Source of the DNA: Escherichia coli
GTDB lineage: Bacteria > Pseudomonadota > Gammaproteobacteria > Enterobacterales > Enterobacteriaceae
Strand: one strand, 5' to 3'
DNA: 64,000 nt
NCBI RefSeq assembly: GCF_009931435.1
Contig: NZ_CP043414.1
In this document: positions 32,817-45,816 of the stretch, piece after piece
How the letters are laid out: each line of letters begins with the position of its first letter
How positions within the stretch are numbered: position 1 is the stretch's first letter
Translations under genes and position numbers: made by a program
Notes under the pieces: model-generated
What the model was told of the DNA's origin: nothing
What the model saw: the letters and a program-made list of their open reading frames with translations, nothing else
Databases searched by the model: none

Positions 32817-35342
32817 ATGCCTTTACGACGGTTCTCCCCAGGACTGAAAGCCCAGTTTGCCTTCGGCATGGTCTTTTTGTTCGTTCAGCCCGATGCCAGC
32901 GCTGCTGACATAAGCGCGCAGCAAATAGGTGGGGTGATTATTCCGCAGGCCTTCAGTCAGGCGCTTCAGGACGGCATGAGCATCCCGCTCTATATTCATC
33001 TCGCCGGTAGCCAGGGTCGCCAGGACGATCAGCGAATCGGCAGCGCTTTTATCTGGTTGGATGATGGACAGTTACGCATCCGGAAAATACAGCTGGAAGA
33101 GAGTGAAGATAACGCCAGTGTCAGCGAACAAACTCGACAGCAACTGATGACTCTGGCCAACGCCCCGTTCAATGAGGCCCTTACCATCCCCCTGACTGAC
33201 AACGCGCAGTTGGATCTCAGCTTGCGCCAACTGCTGCTGCAGCTGGTGGTCAAGCGCGAAGCACTGGGCACCGTACTACGCTCACGTAGCGAAGACATCG
33301 GGCAATCCAGTGTTAACACCCTCAGCAGTAACCTGAGCTATAACTTCGGCATCTATAACAACCAGTTGCGTAACGGCGGGAACAATACATCCAGCTATCT
33401 GTCGCTAAATAACGTGACAGCACTGCGCGAACATCATGTGGTGCTCGACGGCTCGCTGTATGGGATCGGTAGCGGTCAACAGGACAGTGAATTATATAAA
33501 GCGATGTATGAACGCGATTTTGCTGGTCACCGATTTGCCGGTGGAATGCTCGACACCTGGAACTTGCAGTCCTTAGGGCCGATGACCGCCATTTCAGCAG
33601 GGAAGATTTACGGCCTTTCCTGGGGAAACCAGGCCAGCTCCACCATCTTCGACAGCAGCCAGTCGGCCACGCCAGTGATCGCCTTTTTACCGGCGGCGGG
33701 CGAAGTACATCTCACCCGTGATGGGCGGCTACTAAGCGTTCAGAACTTCACCATGGGCAATCATGAAGTGGATACCCGAGGTCTACCGTACGGTATTTAC
33801 GATGTGGAAGTTGAGGTGATCGTTAACGGTCGCGTGATCAGCAAACGCACCCAGCGGGTCAATAAGCTGTTTAGCCGGGGGCGCGGTGTCGGTGCGCCGC
33901 TGGCGTGGCAGATATGGGGCGGCAGCTTTCATATGGATCGCTGGTCGGAAAACGGGAAAAAGACGCGACCAGCTAAAGAGAGTTGGCTAGCAGGAGCCTC
34001 GACCTCCGGCTCACTGAGTACGCTTAGCTGGGCGGCAACGGGATATGGGTACGATAATCAGGCAGTAGGTGAAACCCGTCTGACGCTGCCGCTTGGGGGA
34101 GCAATCAACGTTAACCTGCAAAACATGCTGGCCAGTGACAGCTCATGGAGCAATATCGGCAGCATCAGCGCCACACTACCGGGAGGCTTCAGTTCGCTGT
34201 GGGTTAACCAGGAGAAAACCCGCATTGGCAATCAATTGCGGCGTAGCGATGCCGACAACCGTGCAATCGGCGGCACACTCAACCTGAACTCACTGTGGTC
34301 GAAGCTGGGCACATTCAGCATCAGCTACAATGATGACCGCCGCTACAACAGCCATTATTACACGGCAGATTACTATCAAAGTGTTTACAGCGGTACCTTT
34401 GGTTCGCTTGGCCTGCGAGCCGGTATTCAGCGCTATAACAACGGCGACAGCAGCGCCAATACAGGGAAATATATCGCTCTCGATCTCTCGCTACCTCTGG
34501 GCAACTGGTTTAGCGCAGGGATGACTCATCAAAACGGCTACACCATGGCAAACCTGTCAGCACGCAAGCAGTTTGATGAAGGAACCATTCGCACTGTTGG
34601 TGCCAATCTGTCACGAGCCATCTCCGGCGATACCGGTGATGACAAAACCCTCAGCGGTGGGGCGTATGCACAGTTCGACGCTCGTTACGCCAGCGGAACG
34701 CTGAACGTCAATAGCGCGGCGGACGGCTACGTCAATACCAACTTGACCGCCAATGGCAGCGTCGGCTGGCAGGGTAAAAACATCGCTGCCAGCGGGCGGA
34801 CTGATGGCAACGCTGGGGTGATATTCAACACCGGGCTGGAGGACGACGGTCAGATCAGCGCCAAAATCAACGGGCGGATTTTCCCGCTTAACGGCAAGCG
34901 CAACTACCTCCCGCTCTCTCCGTATGGGAGATATGAGGTGGAGTTGCAGAACAGCAAAAACTCACTCGACAGCTACGATATCGTCAGCGGCCGCAAAAGC
35001 CATCTGACCCTCTATCCAGGCAATGTCGCCGTCATTGAGCCAGAGGTGAAGCAGATGGTTACCGTCTCCGGTCGTATCCGTGCAGAAGACGGCACACTGC
35101 TGGCTAACGCACGGATTAACAACCATATCGGCCGAACCCGAACCGATGAAAACGGCGAGTTTGTCATGGACGTGGATAAGAAATACCCCACTATCGATTT
35201 TCGCTACAGTGGCAATAAAACCTGCGAAGTGGCACTGGAACTCGACCAGGCGCGCGGTGCCGTCTGGGTCGGTGATGTGGTCTGCAGCGGCCTCTCATCG
35301 TGGGCGGCGGTGACGCAGACAGGAGAAGAGAATGAGAGTTAA
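32817..35342 (+). CDS. ecpC: ECP outer-membrane usher EcpC
   Basis: 841-aa ORF with signal peptide; usher-sized. Confidence 0.93.
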   Translation: MPLRRFSPGLKAQFAFGMVFLFVQPDASAADISAQQIGGVIIPQAFSQALQDGMSIPLYIHLAGSQGRQDDQRIGSAFIWLDDGQLRIRKIQLEESEDNASVSEQTRQQLMTLANAPFNEALTIPLTDNAQLDLSLRQLLLQLVVKREALGTVLRSRSEDIGQSSVNTLSSNLSYNFGIYNNQLRNGGNNTSSYLSLNNVTALREHHVVLDGSLYGIGSGQQDSELYKAMYERDFAGHRFAGGMLDTWNLQSLGPMTAISAGKIYGLSWGNQASSTIFDSSQSATPVIAFLPAAGEVHLTRDGRLLSVQNFTMGNHEVDTRGLPYGIYDVEVEVIVNGRVISKRTQRVNKLFSRGRGVGAPLAWQIWGGSFHMDRWSENGKKTRPAKESWLAGASTSGSLSTLSWAATGYGYDNQAVGETRLTLPLGGAINVNLQNMLASDSSWSNIGSISATLPGGFSSLWVNQEKTRIGNQLRRSDADNRAIGGTLNLNSLWSKLGTFSISYNDDRRYNSHYYTADYYQSVYSGTFGSLGLRAGIQRYNNGDSSANTGKYIALDLSLPLGNWFSAGMTHQNGYTMANLSARKQFDEGTIRTVGANLSRAISGDTGDDKTLSGGAYAQFDARYASGTLNVNSAADGYVNTNLTANGSVGWQGKNIAASGRTDGNAGVIFNTGLEDDGQISAKINGRIFPLNGKRNYLPLSPYGRYEVELQNSKNSLDSYDIVSGRKSHLTLYPGNVAVIEPEVKQMVTVSGRIRAEDGTLLANARINNHIGRTRTDENGEFVMDVDKKYPTIDFRYSGNKTCEVALELDQARGAVWVGDVVCSGLSSWAAVTQTGEENES

Positions 35343-36975
35343 CCTACTGATAGCGATGATAATCTTTGCGCTATTCTGGCCAGCAACCGCGCTCAGAGCT
35401 GCAGTGAGCAAAACAATCTGGACGGATGCACCGGCACGCGAGTTTGTGTTTGTCGAAAACAACTCAGACGACAACTTTTTCGTCACGCCTGGCGGGGCGC
35501 TGGATCCGCGCCTGACCGGTGCCAACCGCTGGACCGGTTTAAAATACACTGGCTCAGGAACCATCTATCAACAAAGCCTCGGCTACATTGATAACGGTTA
35601 CAACACCGGCCTTTATACCAACTGGAAGTTTGATATGTGGCTGGAAAATTCGCCGGTTTCATCTCCTTTAACTGGCTTGCGCTGCATCAACTGGTACGCA
35701 GGGTGTAATATGACCACCAGTCTTATCCTGCCGCAAACCACCGACGCCAGTGGATTTTATGGCGCGACGGTGACCAGCGGCGGCTCGAAGTGGATGCACG
35801 GCATGTTGTCAGACGCGTTTTACCAGTATCTGCAACAAATGCCCGTTGGCAGCAGCTTTACGATGACCATCAATGCCTGCCAAACCTCAGTGAACTATGA
35901 CGCCAGCAGCGGCGCGCGCTGTAAGGATCAGGCCTCCGGCAACTGGTATGTTCGCAACGTCACCCATACGAAAGCAGCAAATTTGCGGTTGATAAATACC
36001 CACTCGCTGGCGGAGGTATTTATCAACAGCGACGGAGTACCGACTCTGGGCGAAGGGAACGCCGACTGCCGGACGCAAACCATCGGCAGCCGTTCAGGAT
36101 TAAGTTGTAAGATGGTTAACTATACCCTGCAAACAAACGGGCTCAGCAACACCTCAATCCATATATTCCCGGCGATCGCCAACTCGTCGTTAGCCTCGGC
36201 CGTCGGGGCGTACGATATGCAGTTCAGTCTGAATGGTAGTTCATGGAAACCGGTGAGCAATACCGCTTATTACTACACCTTCAACGAGATGAAGAGCGCA
36301 GACTCGATCTATGTTTTCTTCTCGAGCAACTTCTTTAAGCAGATGGTGAACCTGGGGATCAGCGATATCAACACCAAAGATCTATTCAACTTTCGCTTTC
36401 AGAACACCACATCACCGGAGTCTGGCTGGTATGAATTTTCTACCTCCAACACGCTGATTATCAAACCCCGTGATTTCAGCATCAGTATTATCTCCGATGA
36501 ATATACTCAGACACCGTCGCGGGAGGGATATGTTGGCAGCGGCGAGTCGGCACTCGATTTCGGCTATATCGTAACCACCAGCGGTAAAACAGCTGCCGAC
36601 GAAGTGCTGATCAAGGTGACCGGACCCGCGCAGGTGATTGGCGGACGCTCCTATTGTGTCTTCAGCTCCGATGACGGTAAGGCGAAAGTACCGTTCCCGG
36701 CGACGCTTTCCTTTATTACCCGCAACGGAGCTACAAAAACCTACGATGCCGGGTGCGATGATAGCTGGCGGGATATGACCGATGCGCTGTGGCTAACCAC
36801 ACCGTGGACTGATATCTCTGGCGAAGTGGGGCAGATGGATAAGACCACTGTCAAATTTTCGATTCCAATGGATAACGCCATTTCGCTGCGTACGATAGAT
36901 GATAACGGCTGGTTTGGCGAAGTTAGCGCTTCAGGAGAGATTCATGTTCAGGCGACATGGCGTAACATTAACTAA
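35332..36975 (+). CDS. ecpD: ECP tip adhesin EcpD
   Basis: 547-aa ORF with signal peptide; start overlaps the ecpC stop. Confidence 0.9.
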   Translation: MRVNLLIAMIIFALFWPATALRAAVSKTIWTDAPAREFVFVENNSDDNFFVTPGGALDPRLTGANRWTGLKYTGSGTIYQQSLGYIDNGYNTGLYTNWKFDMWLENSPVSSPLTGLRCINWYAGCNMTTSLILPQTTDASGFYGATVTSGGSKWMHGMLSDAFYQYLQQMPVGSSFTMTINACQTSVNYDASSGARCKDQASGNWYVRNVTHTKAANLRLINTHSLAEVFINSDGVPTLGEGNADCRTQTIGSRSGLSCKMVNYTLQTNGLSNTSIHIFPAIANSSLASAVGAYDMQFSLNGSSWKPVSNTAYYYTFNEMKSADSIYVFFSSNFFKQMVNLGISDINTKDLFNFRFQNTTSPESGWYEFSTSNTLIIKPRDFSISIISDEYTQTPSREGYVGSGESALDFGYIVTTSGKTAADEVLIKVTGPAQVIGGRSYCVFSSDDGKAKVPFPATLSFITRNGATKTYDAGCDDSWRDMTDALWLTTPWTDISGEVGQMDKTTVKFSIPMDNAISLRTIDDNGWFGEVSASGEIHVQATWRNIN

Positions 36976-37654
36976 GGCCCTGCTGACAGTGGTCTGTATG
37001 CTGGCGACACCTTTGACACAGGCGATTTCGGTCGGCAATCTGACTTTTTCACTGCCGTCCGAGACTGACTTTGTCAGCAAACGTGTAGTGAATAACAACA
37101 AAAGCGCGCGGATATACCGTATTGCCATCAGTGCCATCGATAGCCCAGGCAGCAGTGAATTGCGCACTCGACCGGTGGATGGTGAACTGCTTTTCGCTCC
37201 CCGCCAGCTGGCGTTGCAGGCTGGTGAGAGTGAGTATTTTAAATTTTACTATCATGGCCCCCAGGATAACCGCGAGCGCTACTACCGGGTCTCATTTCGC
37301 GAGGTCCCCACTCGCAACCAGACAAGACGCAGCCCAACCGGCGGCGAGGTCAGCACTGAGCCGGTGGTGGTGATGGATACCATTCTGGTAGTACGACCTC
37401 GTCAGGTTCAGTTTAAATGGTCCTTCGACCAGGTGACAGGAACGGTAAGTAACACCGGCAACACGTGGTTTAAGCTACTGATTAAACCAGGATGTGATTC
37501 GACCGAAGAGGAAGGCGACGCCTGGTATCTACGTCCGGGAGACGTAGTTCATCAGCCTGAGTTACGTCAGCCGGGGAATCATTATCTGGTCTATAACGAC
37601 AAATTCATTAAGATTAGCGATTCCTGTCCTGCTAAGCCCCCTTCGGCGGACTAA
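36944..37654 (+). CDS. ecpE: ECP chaperone EcpE
   Basis: Track ORF 36899..37654; likely start at MFRRHGVTL (236 aa); shares motifs with EcpB (RYYR, VVRPRQ). Confidence 0.88.
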   Translation: MFRRHGVTLTKALLTVVCMLATPLTQAISVGNLTFSLPSETDFVSKRVVNNNKSARIYRIAISAIDSPGSSELRTRPVDGELLFAPRQLALQAGESEYFKFYYHGPQDNRERYYRVSFREVPTRNQTRRSPTGGEVSTEPVVVMDTILVVRPRQVQFKWSFDQVTGTVSNTGNTWFKLLIKPGCDSTEEEGDAWYLRPGDVVHQPELRQPGNHYLVYNDKFIKISDSCPAKPPSAD

Positions 37655-37967
37655 GACTTATCCATCGGACGAGGGAAGAATTCCACCTCAGAGACTCAAA
37701 TAATCGTTTAAATGATGTGGAAGCGATCGTCAATGTCACCTGTAATGATGGGCTTTCTCATATGTACACCATAGTGTTCAGGAGACACGGAAAAGTGCCA
37801 GGCAGCCTGCTAACGAGTGGTTTCTTCACGAATTAGTACGTAAAATCGGTAACGGCTGGAAATCATTCAATACTCACACTATCGAAAGTTCCCCAGCCAA
37901 CCGCGGTACGTTCTTACATACGATGTACCGCTGTTCTCTTTACGATTTATAGCTGTACTGGTGAATT

Positions 37968-38297
37968 ATGAGCAATCTGAATCCATGCATGACGTGTGGT
38001 GCCTGTTGTGCATTTTTCCGCGTCTCTTTTTACTGGGCCGAAGCCGACGATGCTGGCGGTACCATTCCCGCCAGGCTCACTGAACAAATATCCCCTTTTC
38101 ACCGATGCATGAGCGGTACCAATCAGAAAAACCCCAGATGTATTGCCCTTGCAGGAACACCGGGCAAAAATGCCTGCTGCACGATATATAAAAATCGATC
38201 GTCCACGTGCAGAGAATTCGCCATGTCTGGTGAGAACGGAGAAGTCAATGAGGCTTGCAATCGTGCAAGAGCTAAATACGGGCTGACACCGTTATAA
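37968..38297 (+). CDS. ykgJ: Cys-rich putative iron-sulfur/zinc-binding protein YkgJ
   Basis: 109-aa ORF with CMTCGACC and further Cys clusters. Confidence 0.85.
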   Translation: MSNLNPCMTCGACCAFFRVSFYWAEADDAGGTIPARLTEQISPFHRCMSGTNQKNPRCIALAGTPGKNACCTIYKNRSSTCREFAMSGENGEVNEACNRARAKYGLTPL

Positions 38298-38545
38298 AGA
38301 TGCAATAATTAATTGCACTGCCCCGCCAGCTATAATCGCGGGGCTTCGTTTTTCAGGGATAACAAAACCCGAAACTTCTTCCATCTGCCAGCAACAATGC
38401 CTCTTCCTCTATAGGGTTCTCCGGATCTACAGCATCCTGAAGTAGCGCGATGTACTCACTGGCTATCTGCATCAGAAAGTTAAAAACAATGTTTTTAACC
38501 TATAAAAATGGCGCTGTATTTGCGCCATTTTTATCATTCAATGCA

Positions 38546-39160
38546 TTATCTGTTTGAGCCTAAAGGGATCTCAGGGTCTGGCTCATGAGTAATTCTGTTT
38601 CGTAAATCTCTGCGAATAATTTCAATGGACCAGAACCAGACTAAATGTCCAAAAATTTCAGAAACATTCTCATACCACGGGAGATCAAACAGAGGTGGCG
38701 TCAGTCCCATGAGAGGGAATGAAATCATATGAACAAAAAGTTGGGCTAAAGCACCTGCCAGTAAGCCCTGCCAGAGTTTAATTTTTGGAAATACTTCAGC
38801 GACCACACAATAACCGACAGCAAACACTATCGAAAAGATAATGTGCGTAACACCAACCCAGTTAAAGACATGCCCGGCAAAGGTATAAACAGCCGAATTT
38901 GGATCTGTCAGTCCCAGCCAGTCTCGAAGAAAAATATACGGAGGATTGAGAAAATTACGGGAGCAATCAATTTGCCCAGCAGCCCTGATTAATGATTCCG
39001 GGCCACACGCTGCATTAAACATATCCACCGGGCTACGTGGCGGCAATGGAACTTCAGCCCCCCACTTCACAAATGCGGAAACAACGCCAGCAATTAGCCC
39101 AATGAATGCAGCAAGACCATAACGTCTGCGGTTCGGTGGAGTTTGTTCAAATATATTCAT
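38546..39160 (-). CDS. yagU: DUF1440 inner-membrane protein YagU
   Basis: 204-aa hydrophobic ORF at the expected position next to paoA. Confidence 0.85.
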   Translation of the reverse strand: MNIFEQTPPNRRRYGLAAFIGLIAGVVSAFVKWGAEVPLPPRSPVDMFNAACGPESLIRAAGQIDCSRNFLNPPYIFLRDWLGLTDPNSAVYTFAGHVFNWVGVTHIIFSIVFAVGYCVVAEVFPKIKLWQGLLAGALAQLFVHMISFPLMGLTPPLFDLPWYENVSEIFGHLVWFWSIEIIRRDLRNRITHEPDPEIPLGSNR

Positions 39161-39565
39161 ATTTACCCTGTTTGTTTCATTATGTTGTACACCTCTTCAG
39201 GAGTATTCATAAAACAAGATAAATGTAAAGAACTGTATTGTTTTGTATAATGCAATGGTGACTAATCGCCAATTAATATAAGCACCATCATTTCTCCCTA
39301 TTTTTATGTTAGAAGTGACAACGACTTGCAGGGTGATGCAGAGCTGACAATCACAGGTTTCCTTATCGGTTTTTGCATCGCACAACTAAAGCAATAAACT
39401 AGCTCCCGTCATCGGCGAATATGAATTAATTAGCCGGGCTCATAGCTGCATTCGCGTTTTAAGAATAATCCTCCTGCTCTCACCGACTATGCTTAACGTT
39501 TAAAAAAGCATCAACACTCTCGCAACGCACTCTTATTTTCCCCTTTAGAATACCGGAGGCCTGGT

Positions 39566-40255
39566 ATGAGCAACCAAGGCGAATACCCCGAAGATAATCG
39601 GGTTGGGAAGCACGAGCCGCACGATTTTAGTTTGACCCGCCGCGATCTGATTAAAGTGAGCGCCGCAACGGCGGCGACCGCCGTGGTTTATCCTCATTCT
39701 ACGCTTGCGGCAAGCGTTCCGGCAGCTACACCCGCGCCAGAGATAATGCCCCTGACACTTAAGGTGAACGGCAAAACCGAGCAGCTTGAGGTGGATACCC
39801 GAACCACGCTACTGGACGCTTTGCGTGAAAATCTGCATCTGATCGGTACCAAGAAAGGTTGCGATCACGGACAGTGCGGAGCCTGTACCGTACTGGTCAA
39901 TGGTCGCAGGCTTAATGCCTGCCTGACGCTGGCAGTCATGCATCAGGGGGCCGAGATCACCACCATTGAAGGCCTGGGTTCACCAGAGAATCTTCACCCC
40001 ATGCAGGCGGCCTTTATCAAGCATGATGGCTTCCAGTGCGGCTACTGCACCTCCGGGCAAATTTGCTCATCAGTAGCGGTGCTAAAAGAGATTCAGGACG
40101 GCATTCCCAGTCACGTCACGGTCGATTTGGTTTCCCCTCCAGAAAGAACTGCCGATGAGATCCGTGAACGTATGAGCGGCAACATCTGTCGCTGTGGTGC
40201 ATACGCTAACATCCTTGCCGCCATTGAAGACGCTGCGGGGGAGATAAAATCATGA
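39566..40255 (+). CDS. paoA: periplasmic aldehyde oxidoreductase 2Fe-2S subunit PaoA
   Basis: 229-aa ORF with Tat-type signal ([18 protein letters not shown]) and two [2Fe-2S] Cys clusters. Confidence 0.93.
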   Translation: MSNQGEYPEDNRVGKHEPHDFSLTRRDLIKVSAATAATAVVYPHSTLAASVPAATPAPEIMPLTLKVNGKTEQLEVDTRTTLLDALRENLHLIGTKKGCDHGQCGACTVLVNGRRLNACLTLAVMHQGAEITTIEGLGSPENLHPMQAAFIKHDGFQCGYCTSGQICSSVAVLKEIQDGIPSHVTVDLVSPPERTADEIRERMSGNICRCGAYANILAAIEDAAGEIKS

Positions 40256-41208
40256 AGGCGTTTACCTATGAACGTGTGAACACCCCTGCCGAGGCGGCAC
40301 TTAGCGCTCAGCGCGTACCCGGCGCAAAATTTATCGCTGGCGGGACCAATCTGCTGGACCTGATGAAGCTGGAAATTGAAACGCCAACCCACCTTATCGA
40401 TGTGAACGGGCTCGGGCTCGATAAGATTGAAGTGACCGACGCGGGTGGGCTGCGCATCGGCGCACTGGTACGGAACACCGACCTGGCGGCTCACGAGCGC
40501 GTGCGTCGTGATTACGCGGTACTCTCCCGCGCTCTGCTCGCTGGCGCGTCTGGTCAGTTACGTAATCAGGCAACCACCGCAGGTAATCTGCTCCAGCGCA
40601 CGCGCTGCCCCTATTTTTACGACACCAATCAGCCCTGCAATAAGCGCCTGCCCGGGAGCGGCTGCGCGGCACTTGAAGGCTTTAGCCGTCAGCACGCGGT
40701 GGTAGGCGTAAGCGAAGCCTGCATTGCCACCCATCCGAGCGATATGGCGGTCGCAATGCGGTTGCTGGATGCGGTGGTGGAAACCATCACGCCGGAGGGA
40801 AAAACTCGCAGTATCACACTGGCTGATTTTTATCACCCACCGGGGAAAACGCCGCACATTGAAACCGCCCTGCTTCCCGGTGAGCTTATCGTTGCGGTGA
40901 CGTTACCTCCGCCGCTCGGCGGAAAACATATCTACCGCAAGGTGCGCGATCGCGCCTCCTACGCCTTTGCCCTGGTATCGGTCGCGGCGATTATTCAGCC
41001 TGACGGCAGCGGGCGCGTCGCGCTGGGCGGAGTAGCACATAAGCCCTGGCGCATTGAGGCTGCGGATGCTCAGCTATCCCAGGGGGCGCAGGCCGTGTAT
41101 GACGCGCTGTTCGCCAGCGCCCATCCCACCGCTGAAAATACCTTTAAACTCCTGTTGGCGAAGCGAACGCTTGCCTCCGTACTGGCTGAAGCGAGGGCAC
41201 AGGCATGA
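40252..41208 (+). CDS. paoB: aldehyde oxidoreductase FAD-binding subunit PaoB
   Basis: 318-aa ORF, translationally coupled (ATGA overlap) to paoA. Confidence 0.93.
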   Translation: MKAFTYERVNTPAEAALSAQRVPGAKFIAGGTNLLDLMKLEIETPTHLIDVNGLGLDKIEVTDAGGLRIGALVRNTDLAAHERVRRDYAVLSRALLAGASGQLRNQATTAGNLLQRTRCPYFYDTNQPCNKRLPGSGCAALEGFSRQHAVVGVSEACIATHPSDMAVAMRLLDAVVETITPEGKTRSITLADFYHPPGKTPHIETALLPGELIVAVTLPPPLGGKHIYRKVRDRASYAFALVSVAAIIQPDGSGRVALGGVAHKPWRIEAADAQLSQGAQAVYDALFASAHPTAENTFKLLLAKRTLASVLAEARAQA

Positions 41209-43403
41209 AATTTGATAAACCCGCAGGGGAAAACCCGATCGATCAGCTGAAGGTTGTCGGTCGTCCCCATGACCGCATCGACGGACCGCTGAAAACTACC
41301 GGCACGGCACGCTACGCCTACGAATGGCATGAAGAAGCCCCCAACGCCGCCTATGGCTATATCGTCGGTTCCGCCATTGCCAAAGGACGCCTCACCGCCC
41401 TAGATACGGACGCCGCGCAAAAAGCGCCGGGCGTACTGGCTGTCATTACCGCCAGTAACGCTGGGGCACTCGGCAAAGGCGACAAAAACACCGCCAGGCT
41501 GTTAGGCGGCCCCACTATTGAGCACTATCATCAGGCCATTGCGCTGGTAGTGGCCGAGACCTTCGAACAGGCGCGAGCGGCGGCCTCGCTGGTGCAGGCG
41601 CACTATCGCCGTAATAAAGGAGCTTACTCCCTGGCGGACGAGAAACAGGCCGTCAGTCAGCCGCCGGAAGACACGCCCGATAAAAACGTTGGTGACTTTG
41701 ACGGGGCTTTCACCTCCGCTGCAGTGAAAATTGATGCTACATACACGACCCCGGACCAGAGCCATATGGCGATGGAGCCGCATGCCTCGATGGCCGTCTG
41801 GGATGGAAATAAGCTTACCCTCTGGACCTCAAATCAGATGATTGACTGGTGCCGCACCGATCTGGCAAAAACGCTGAAAGTGCCCGTGGAGAATGTGCGT
41901 ATTATCTCCCCGTATATCGGCGGAGGGTTTGGCGGCAAGCTATTCCTGAGAAGCGATGCGCTGCTGGCGGCCCTCGCCGCCCGTGCGGTGAAACGTCCGG
42001 TTAAAGTGATGCTCCCCCGCCCCACTATTCCCAATAACACCACGCACCGCCCCGCCACCCTTCAGCACCTGCGTATCGGTGCCGACCAGAGCGGGAAAAT
42101 CACCGCTATCTCACATGAAAGCTGGTCCGGAAACCTGCCCGGCGGCACGCCGGAAACGGCGGTACAGCAAAGCGAATTACTCTACGCAGGGGCAAACCGT
42201 CATACCGGCCTGCGGCTCGCCGCGCTTGATTTGCCGGAAGGGAACGCCATGCGTGCGCCCGGCGAAGCCCCCGGTCTGATGGCGCTCGAAATCGCGATCG
42301 ACGAACTGGCGGAAAAAGCGGGCATCGATCCCGTCGAGTTTCGCATCCTGAATGACACTCAGGTTGACCCCGCCGACCCGACGCGCCGCTTCTCTCGCCG
42401 TCAGCTTATCGAGTGCTTGCGCACCGGAGCGGATAAATTTGGCTGGAAGCAGCGCAACGCTACACCCGGACAGGTGCGCGACGGGGAGTGGCTAGTCGGC
42501 CACGGTGTTGCGGCGGGCTTTCGCAATAATCTGCTGGAAAAATCGGGTGCTCGGGTTCACCTCGAACAAAATGGCACCGTTACCGTAGAAACGGACATGA
42601 CCGACATTGGCACCGGCAGCTACACCATTCTGGCCCAGACGGCAGCGGAAATGCTTGGCGTACCGCTGGAGCAGGTTGCGGTTCACCTCGGCGATTCCAG
42701 TTTCCCGGTTTCTGCGGGTTCTGGTGGACAATGGGGCGCGAATACCTCCACCTCCGGCGTTTACGCCGCCTGTGTGAAACTTCGCGAAATGATTGCCTCG
42801 GCGGTCGGGTTTGATCCTGAGCAGTCGCAGTTTGCCGACGGCAAGATTACCAACGGTACCCGAAGCGCCACGCTACATGAGGCCACCGCAGGCGGCAGAC
42901 TGACAGCGGAAGAGAGCATTGAGTTCGGCACTCTCAGCAAGGAGTACCAGCAATCGACCTTTGCCGGGCATTTTGTGGAGGTCGGCGTGCATAGCGCGAC
43001 GGGAGAAGTTCGGGTCCGGCGTATGCTCGCCGTGTGCGCAGCGGGGCGCATTCTGAATCCGAAAACTGCACGCAGCCAGGTCATTGGCGCGATGACTATG
43101 GGCATGGGCGCGGCACTGATGGAGGAGCTGGCGGTAGATGACCGTTTGGGCTACTTCGTTAATCACGATATGGCGGGGTATGAGGTGCCGGTTCATGCGG
43201 ATATCCCAAAACAGGAGGTGATTTTCCTGGATGATACCGACCCCATCTCCTCCCCGATGAAGGCCAAAGGTGTCGGTGAGCTGGGCCTGTGCGGCGTGAG
43301 CGCGGCTATCGCCAACGCGGTGTATAACGCCACCGGTATTCGGGTACGGGATTATCCCATCACTCTGGATAAGCTGCTCGATAAACTGCCGGATGTGGTT
43401 TAA
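41205..43403 (+). CDS. paoC: aldehyde oxidoreductase molybdopterin subunit PaoC
   Basis: 732-aa ORF, xanthine dehydrogenase-family large subunit. Confidence 0.95.
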   Translation: MKFDKPAGENPIDQLKVVGRPHDRIDGPLKTTGTARYAYEWHEEAPNAAYGYIVGSAIAKGRLTALDTDAAQKAPGVLAVITASNAGALGKGDKNTARLLGGPTIEHYHQAIALVVAETFEQARAAASLVQAHYRRNKGAYSLADEKQAVSQPPEDTPDKNVGDFDGAFTSAAVKIDATYTTPDQSHMAMEPHASMAVWDGNKLTLWTSNQMIDWCRTDLAKTLKVPVENVRIISPYIGGGFGGKLFLRSDALLAALAARAVKRPVKVMLPRPTIPNNTTHRPATLQHLRIGADQSGKITAISHESWSGNLPGGTPETAVQQSELLYAGANRHTGLRLAALDLPEGNAMRAPGEAPGLMALEIAIDELAEKAGIDPVEFRILNDTQVDPADPTRRFSRRQLIECLRTGADKFGWKQRNATPGQVRDGEWLVGHGVAAGFRNNLLEKSGARVHLEQNGTVTVETDMTDIGTGSYTILAQTAAEMLGVPLEQVAVHLGDSSFPVSAGSGGQWGANTSTSGVYAACVKLREMIASAVGFDPEQSQFADGKITNGTRSATLHEATAGGRLTAEESIEFGTLSKEYQQSTFAGHFVEVGVHSATGEVRVRRMLAVCAAGRILNPKTARSQVIGAMTMGMGAALMEELAVDDRLGYFVNHDMAGYEVPVHADIPKQEVIFLDDTDPISSPMKAKGVGELGLCGVSAAIANAVYNATGIRVRDYPITLDKLLDKLPDVV

Positions 43404-43412
43404 GGAGGAACA

Positions 43413-44369
43413 ATGTCATACTCGCTTTTTGACAAAGACGAGCACTGGCATAAGCCAGAGCAGGCGTTTCTCACCGATGACCACCGGACCATTCTGCGCT
43501 TCGCCGTAGAGGCGCTAATGTCCGGTAAAGGAGCGGTGCTGGTGACGCTGGTGAAGATACGCGGCGGCGCGGCGCGCCCGCTCGGAGCACAGATGGTGGT
43601 GCGCGAAGATGGTCGTTACTGCGGTTTTGTCTCTGGCGGCTGCGTGGAGGCCGCTGCCGCTTTTGAAGCGCTGGAGGTGATGGGCTCAGGCTGCGATCGC
43701 GAAATTCGCTATGGCGAAGGTTCGCCGTGGTTTGACATCGTTCTGCCCTGCGGCGGTGGGATCACGCTGACGCTCCATAAACTACGCTCGGCACAGCCTC
43801 TGCTCGCCGTGCTGAACCGCCTGGAACAGAGAAAACCGGCGGGTCTGCGCTACGATCCGCAAGCTCAATCGCTGGTGTGCCTGCCCACGCAAACCCGAAC
43901 GGGCTGGAATCTCAATGGCTTTGAGGTGGGGTTCAGGCCATGCGTCAGGCTGATGATTTACGGACGTTCTCTTGAGGCGCAGGCAACCGCGAGTCTTGCA
44001 GCAGCCACAGGCTATGACAGCCATATCTTCGATATTTTTCCGGCCTCAGCCAGCGCTCAGATCGATACCGATACGGCGGTCATTTTGCTGTGCCATGATC
44101 TCAACCGGGAGCTGCCAGTGTTGCAGGCCGCGCGAGAGGCAAAACCCTTTTATCTCGGCGCATTGGGCAGCTATCGAACCCACACGTTACGTCTGCAAAA
44201 GCTCCACGAGCTAGGATGGTCCAGGGAGGAGACAGCGCAAATCCGGGCACCCATCGGGATATTCCCCAAAGCCCGGGATGCGCATACTCTGGCACTCTCC
44301 GTGCTGGCAGAAGTCGCTTCTGTACGTCTCCATCAGGAGGAGGATTCATGCCTGCCCCCGTCGTCGTGA
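43413..44369 (+). CDS. paoD: molybdenum cofactor insertion chaperone PaoD (XdhC family)
   Basis: 318-aa ORF after paoC. Confidence 0.9.
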   Translation: MSYSLFDKDEHWHKPEQAFLTDDHRTILRFAVEALMSGKGAVLVTLVKIRGGAARPLGAQMVVREDGRYCGFVSGGCVEAAAAFEALEVMGSGCDREIRYGEGSPWFDIVLPCGGGITLTLHKLRSAQPLLAVLNRLEQRKPAGLRYDPQAQSLVCLPTQTRTGWNLNGFEVGFRPCVRLMIYGRSLEAQATASLAAATGYDSHIFDIFPASASAQIDTDTAVILLCHDLNRELPVLQAAREAKPFYLGALGSYRTHTLRLQKLHELGWSREETAQIRAPIGIFPKARDAHTLALSVLAEVASVRLHQEEDSCLPPSS

Positions 44370-44477
44370 TCCTTGCGGCCGGGCGTGGAGAGCGCTTTCT
44401 CGCCTCCGGGGGAAATACCATAAATTAAGAGAAAAATCTGCAGTAGCCGTTTTAGAAAATCACCTAAATCGTTTAAA

Positions 44478-44501
44478 AGAGCGCCCAACCCATAGTGGGC
44501 G
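44478..44501. terminator. hairpin between convergent paoD and the MFS gene
   Basis: AGCGCCCA-ACCCATAG-TGGGCGCT inverted repeat. Confidence 0.35.
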
Positions 44502-44547
44502 CTCATCGCCTTGTGTAACTTATTCAGCAACGCGCGCCCTCGCCGGA

Positions 44548-45741
44548 CTAAAGCGCACCGGCCTTCTGGCGTGCGGTAACAAAGGTCAGTACGCCAGCGC
44601 AAAGGAGCAGCACGCTACTCATAGCAAACGTGCTCTGCCAGCCAAGGCGGTCAAACACAATGCCTCCTGCCGTTGATCCAAGGGCGATGGCGAGCTGAAT
44701 CACCGCGACCATGAGCCCGCCTCCGGCTTCGGCGTTGTCAGGCAACGTACGCGCAATCCATGTCCACCATCCGGTTGGCGCGGCGGTGGCCAGCATGCCC
44801 CAGAGTCCTAACAGCAGCGAGACCGTCCAGACGTGATGCCCGATAAGCATCAGACCGATAGCAATGACGGCCATAAGTCCGGGTATGGCCATCAGCGTGG
44901 GGTAGAATTTTCTGTTGAGAAATGCCGAAACAACCAGCGTGCCAATAAAACCGGCCACGCCGATAATCAGCAAAATCAACGACAAGCCTGAGGAATTAAC
45001 CCGTGTCACCGACTCCAGAAACGGGCGCACATAGGTGAATAGCGCAAACTGCCCCATGAAAAACAGGCCACAAGCTATCATGCCGACCACAACCATGCGG
45101 CGGCTAAATAAGCGGAATACCGTGCCAAATGACGTGTGGCTTTTATTCGCATCCATACTGGGCAGGCTGATGCACTGCCAGATAAAGGCGACAACCGCCA
45201 TGGGCACCAGGCACAAGAAAGCGCCTCGCCATCCGACCGTAGCCCCCAGATAGCTTCCCAGCGGCGCGGCCACGACCGTCGCCAGCGCATTACCGGCATT
45301 GAAAATCGCCAGCGCACGCGTGACCTGTTGCTGCGGCACCAGACGAATCGCCGTTGCCGCAGACATCGACCAGAATCCGCCAATAGCCACACCAATCATC
45401 GCACGACCGACCATATACATCAGATAACTGGAAGCCAGCGCAATAATAAGCCCCGAGACGGCCATCAGAACCGTCATCCCCAGCAGCAGGAACTTACGAT
45501 TCATCTTTCCAGCTAGCGTTGAAAGCGTCAGGCTGGTCAGAACCGCCAGCGCGCCGGAGATAGCAATCCCCTGCCCTGCCAGCCCCTCCGTCACGCCTAA
45601 ATCGCGGGTAATCGGCGTGAGCAGGCTGACGGGCATAAATTCAGAAGCAATCAGCACAAACACGCACAGGGTCATGGCAAAAATACCGCCCCAGTATGCG
45701 TGCTGATGATGAGGTGATGGTGTTTGGCTTAGTGTCGACAT
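44548..45741 (-). CDS. MFS transporter (12-TM, drug/sugar efflux-like)
   Basis: 397-aa highly hydrophobic ORF with MFS-like loop motifs. Confidence 0.85.
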   Translation of the reverse strand: MSTLSQTPSPHHQHAYWGGIFAMTLCVFVLIASEFMPVSLLTPITRDLGVTEGLAGQGIAISGALAVLTSLTLSTLAGKMNRKFLLLGMTVLMAVSGLIIALASSYLMYMVGRAMIGVAIGGFWSMSAATAIRLVPQQQVTRALAIFNAGNALATVVAAPLGSYLGATVGWRGAFLCLVPMAVVAFIWQCISLPSMDANKSHTSFGTVFRLFSRRMVVVGMIACGLFFMGQFALFTYVRPFLESVTRVNSSGLSLILLIIGVAGFIGTLVVSAFLNRKFYPTLMAIPGLMAVIAIGLMLIGHHVWTVSLLLGLWGMLATAAPTGWWTWIARTLPDNAEAGGGLMVAVIQLAIALGSTAGGIVFDRLGWQSTFAMSSVLLLCAGVLTFVTARQKAGAL

Positions 45742-45816
45742 AGTGAAATTTCACAAAGATCAGGATAAAAGCCACCGGCCATAGACCGGTGGCTTTGCAT
45801 CAATTCAGGAGAGGTT

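Noticed and set aside
39197-39385. 62-aa ORF upstream of yagU
   Set aside because: AT-rich intergenic region, no RBS, low-complexity translation.
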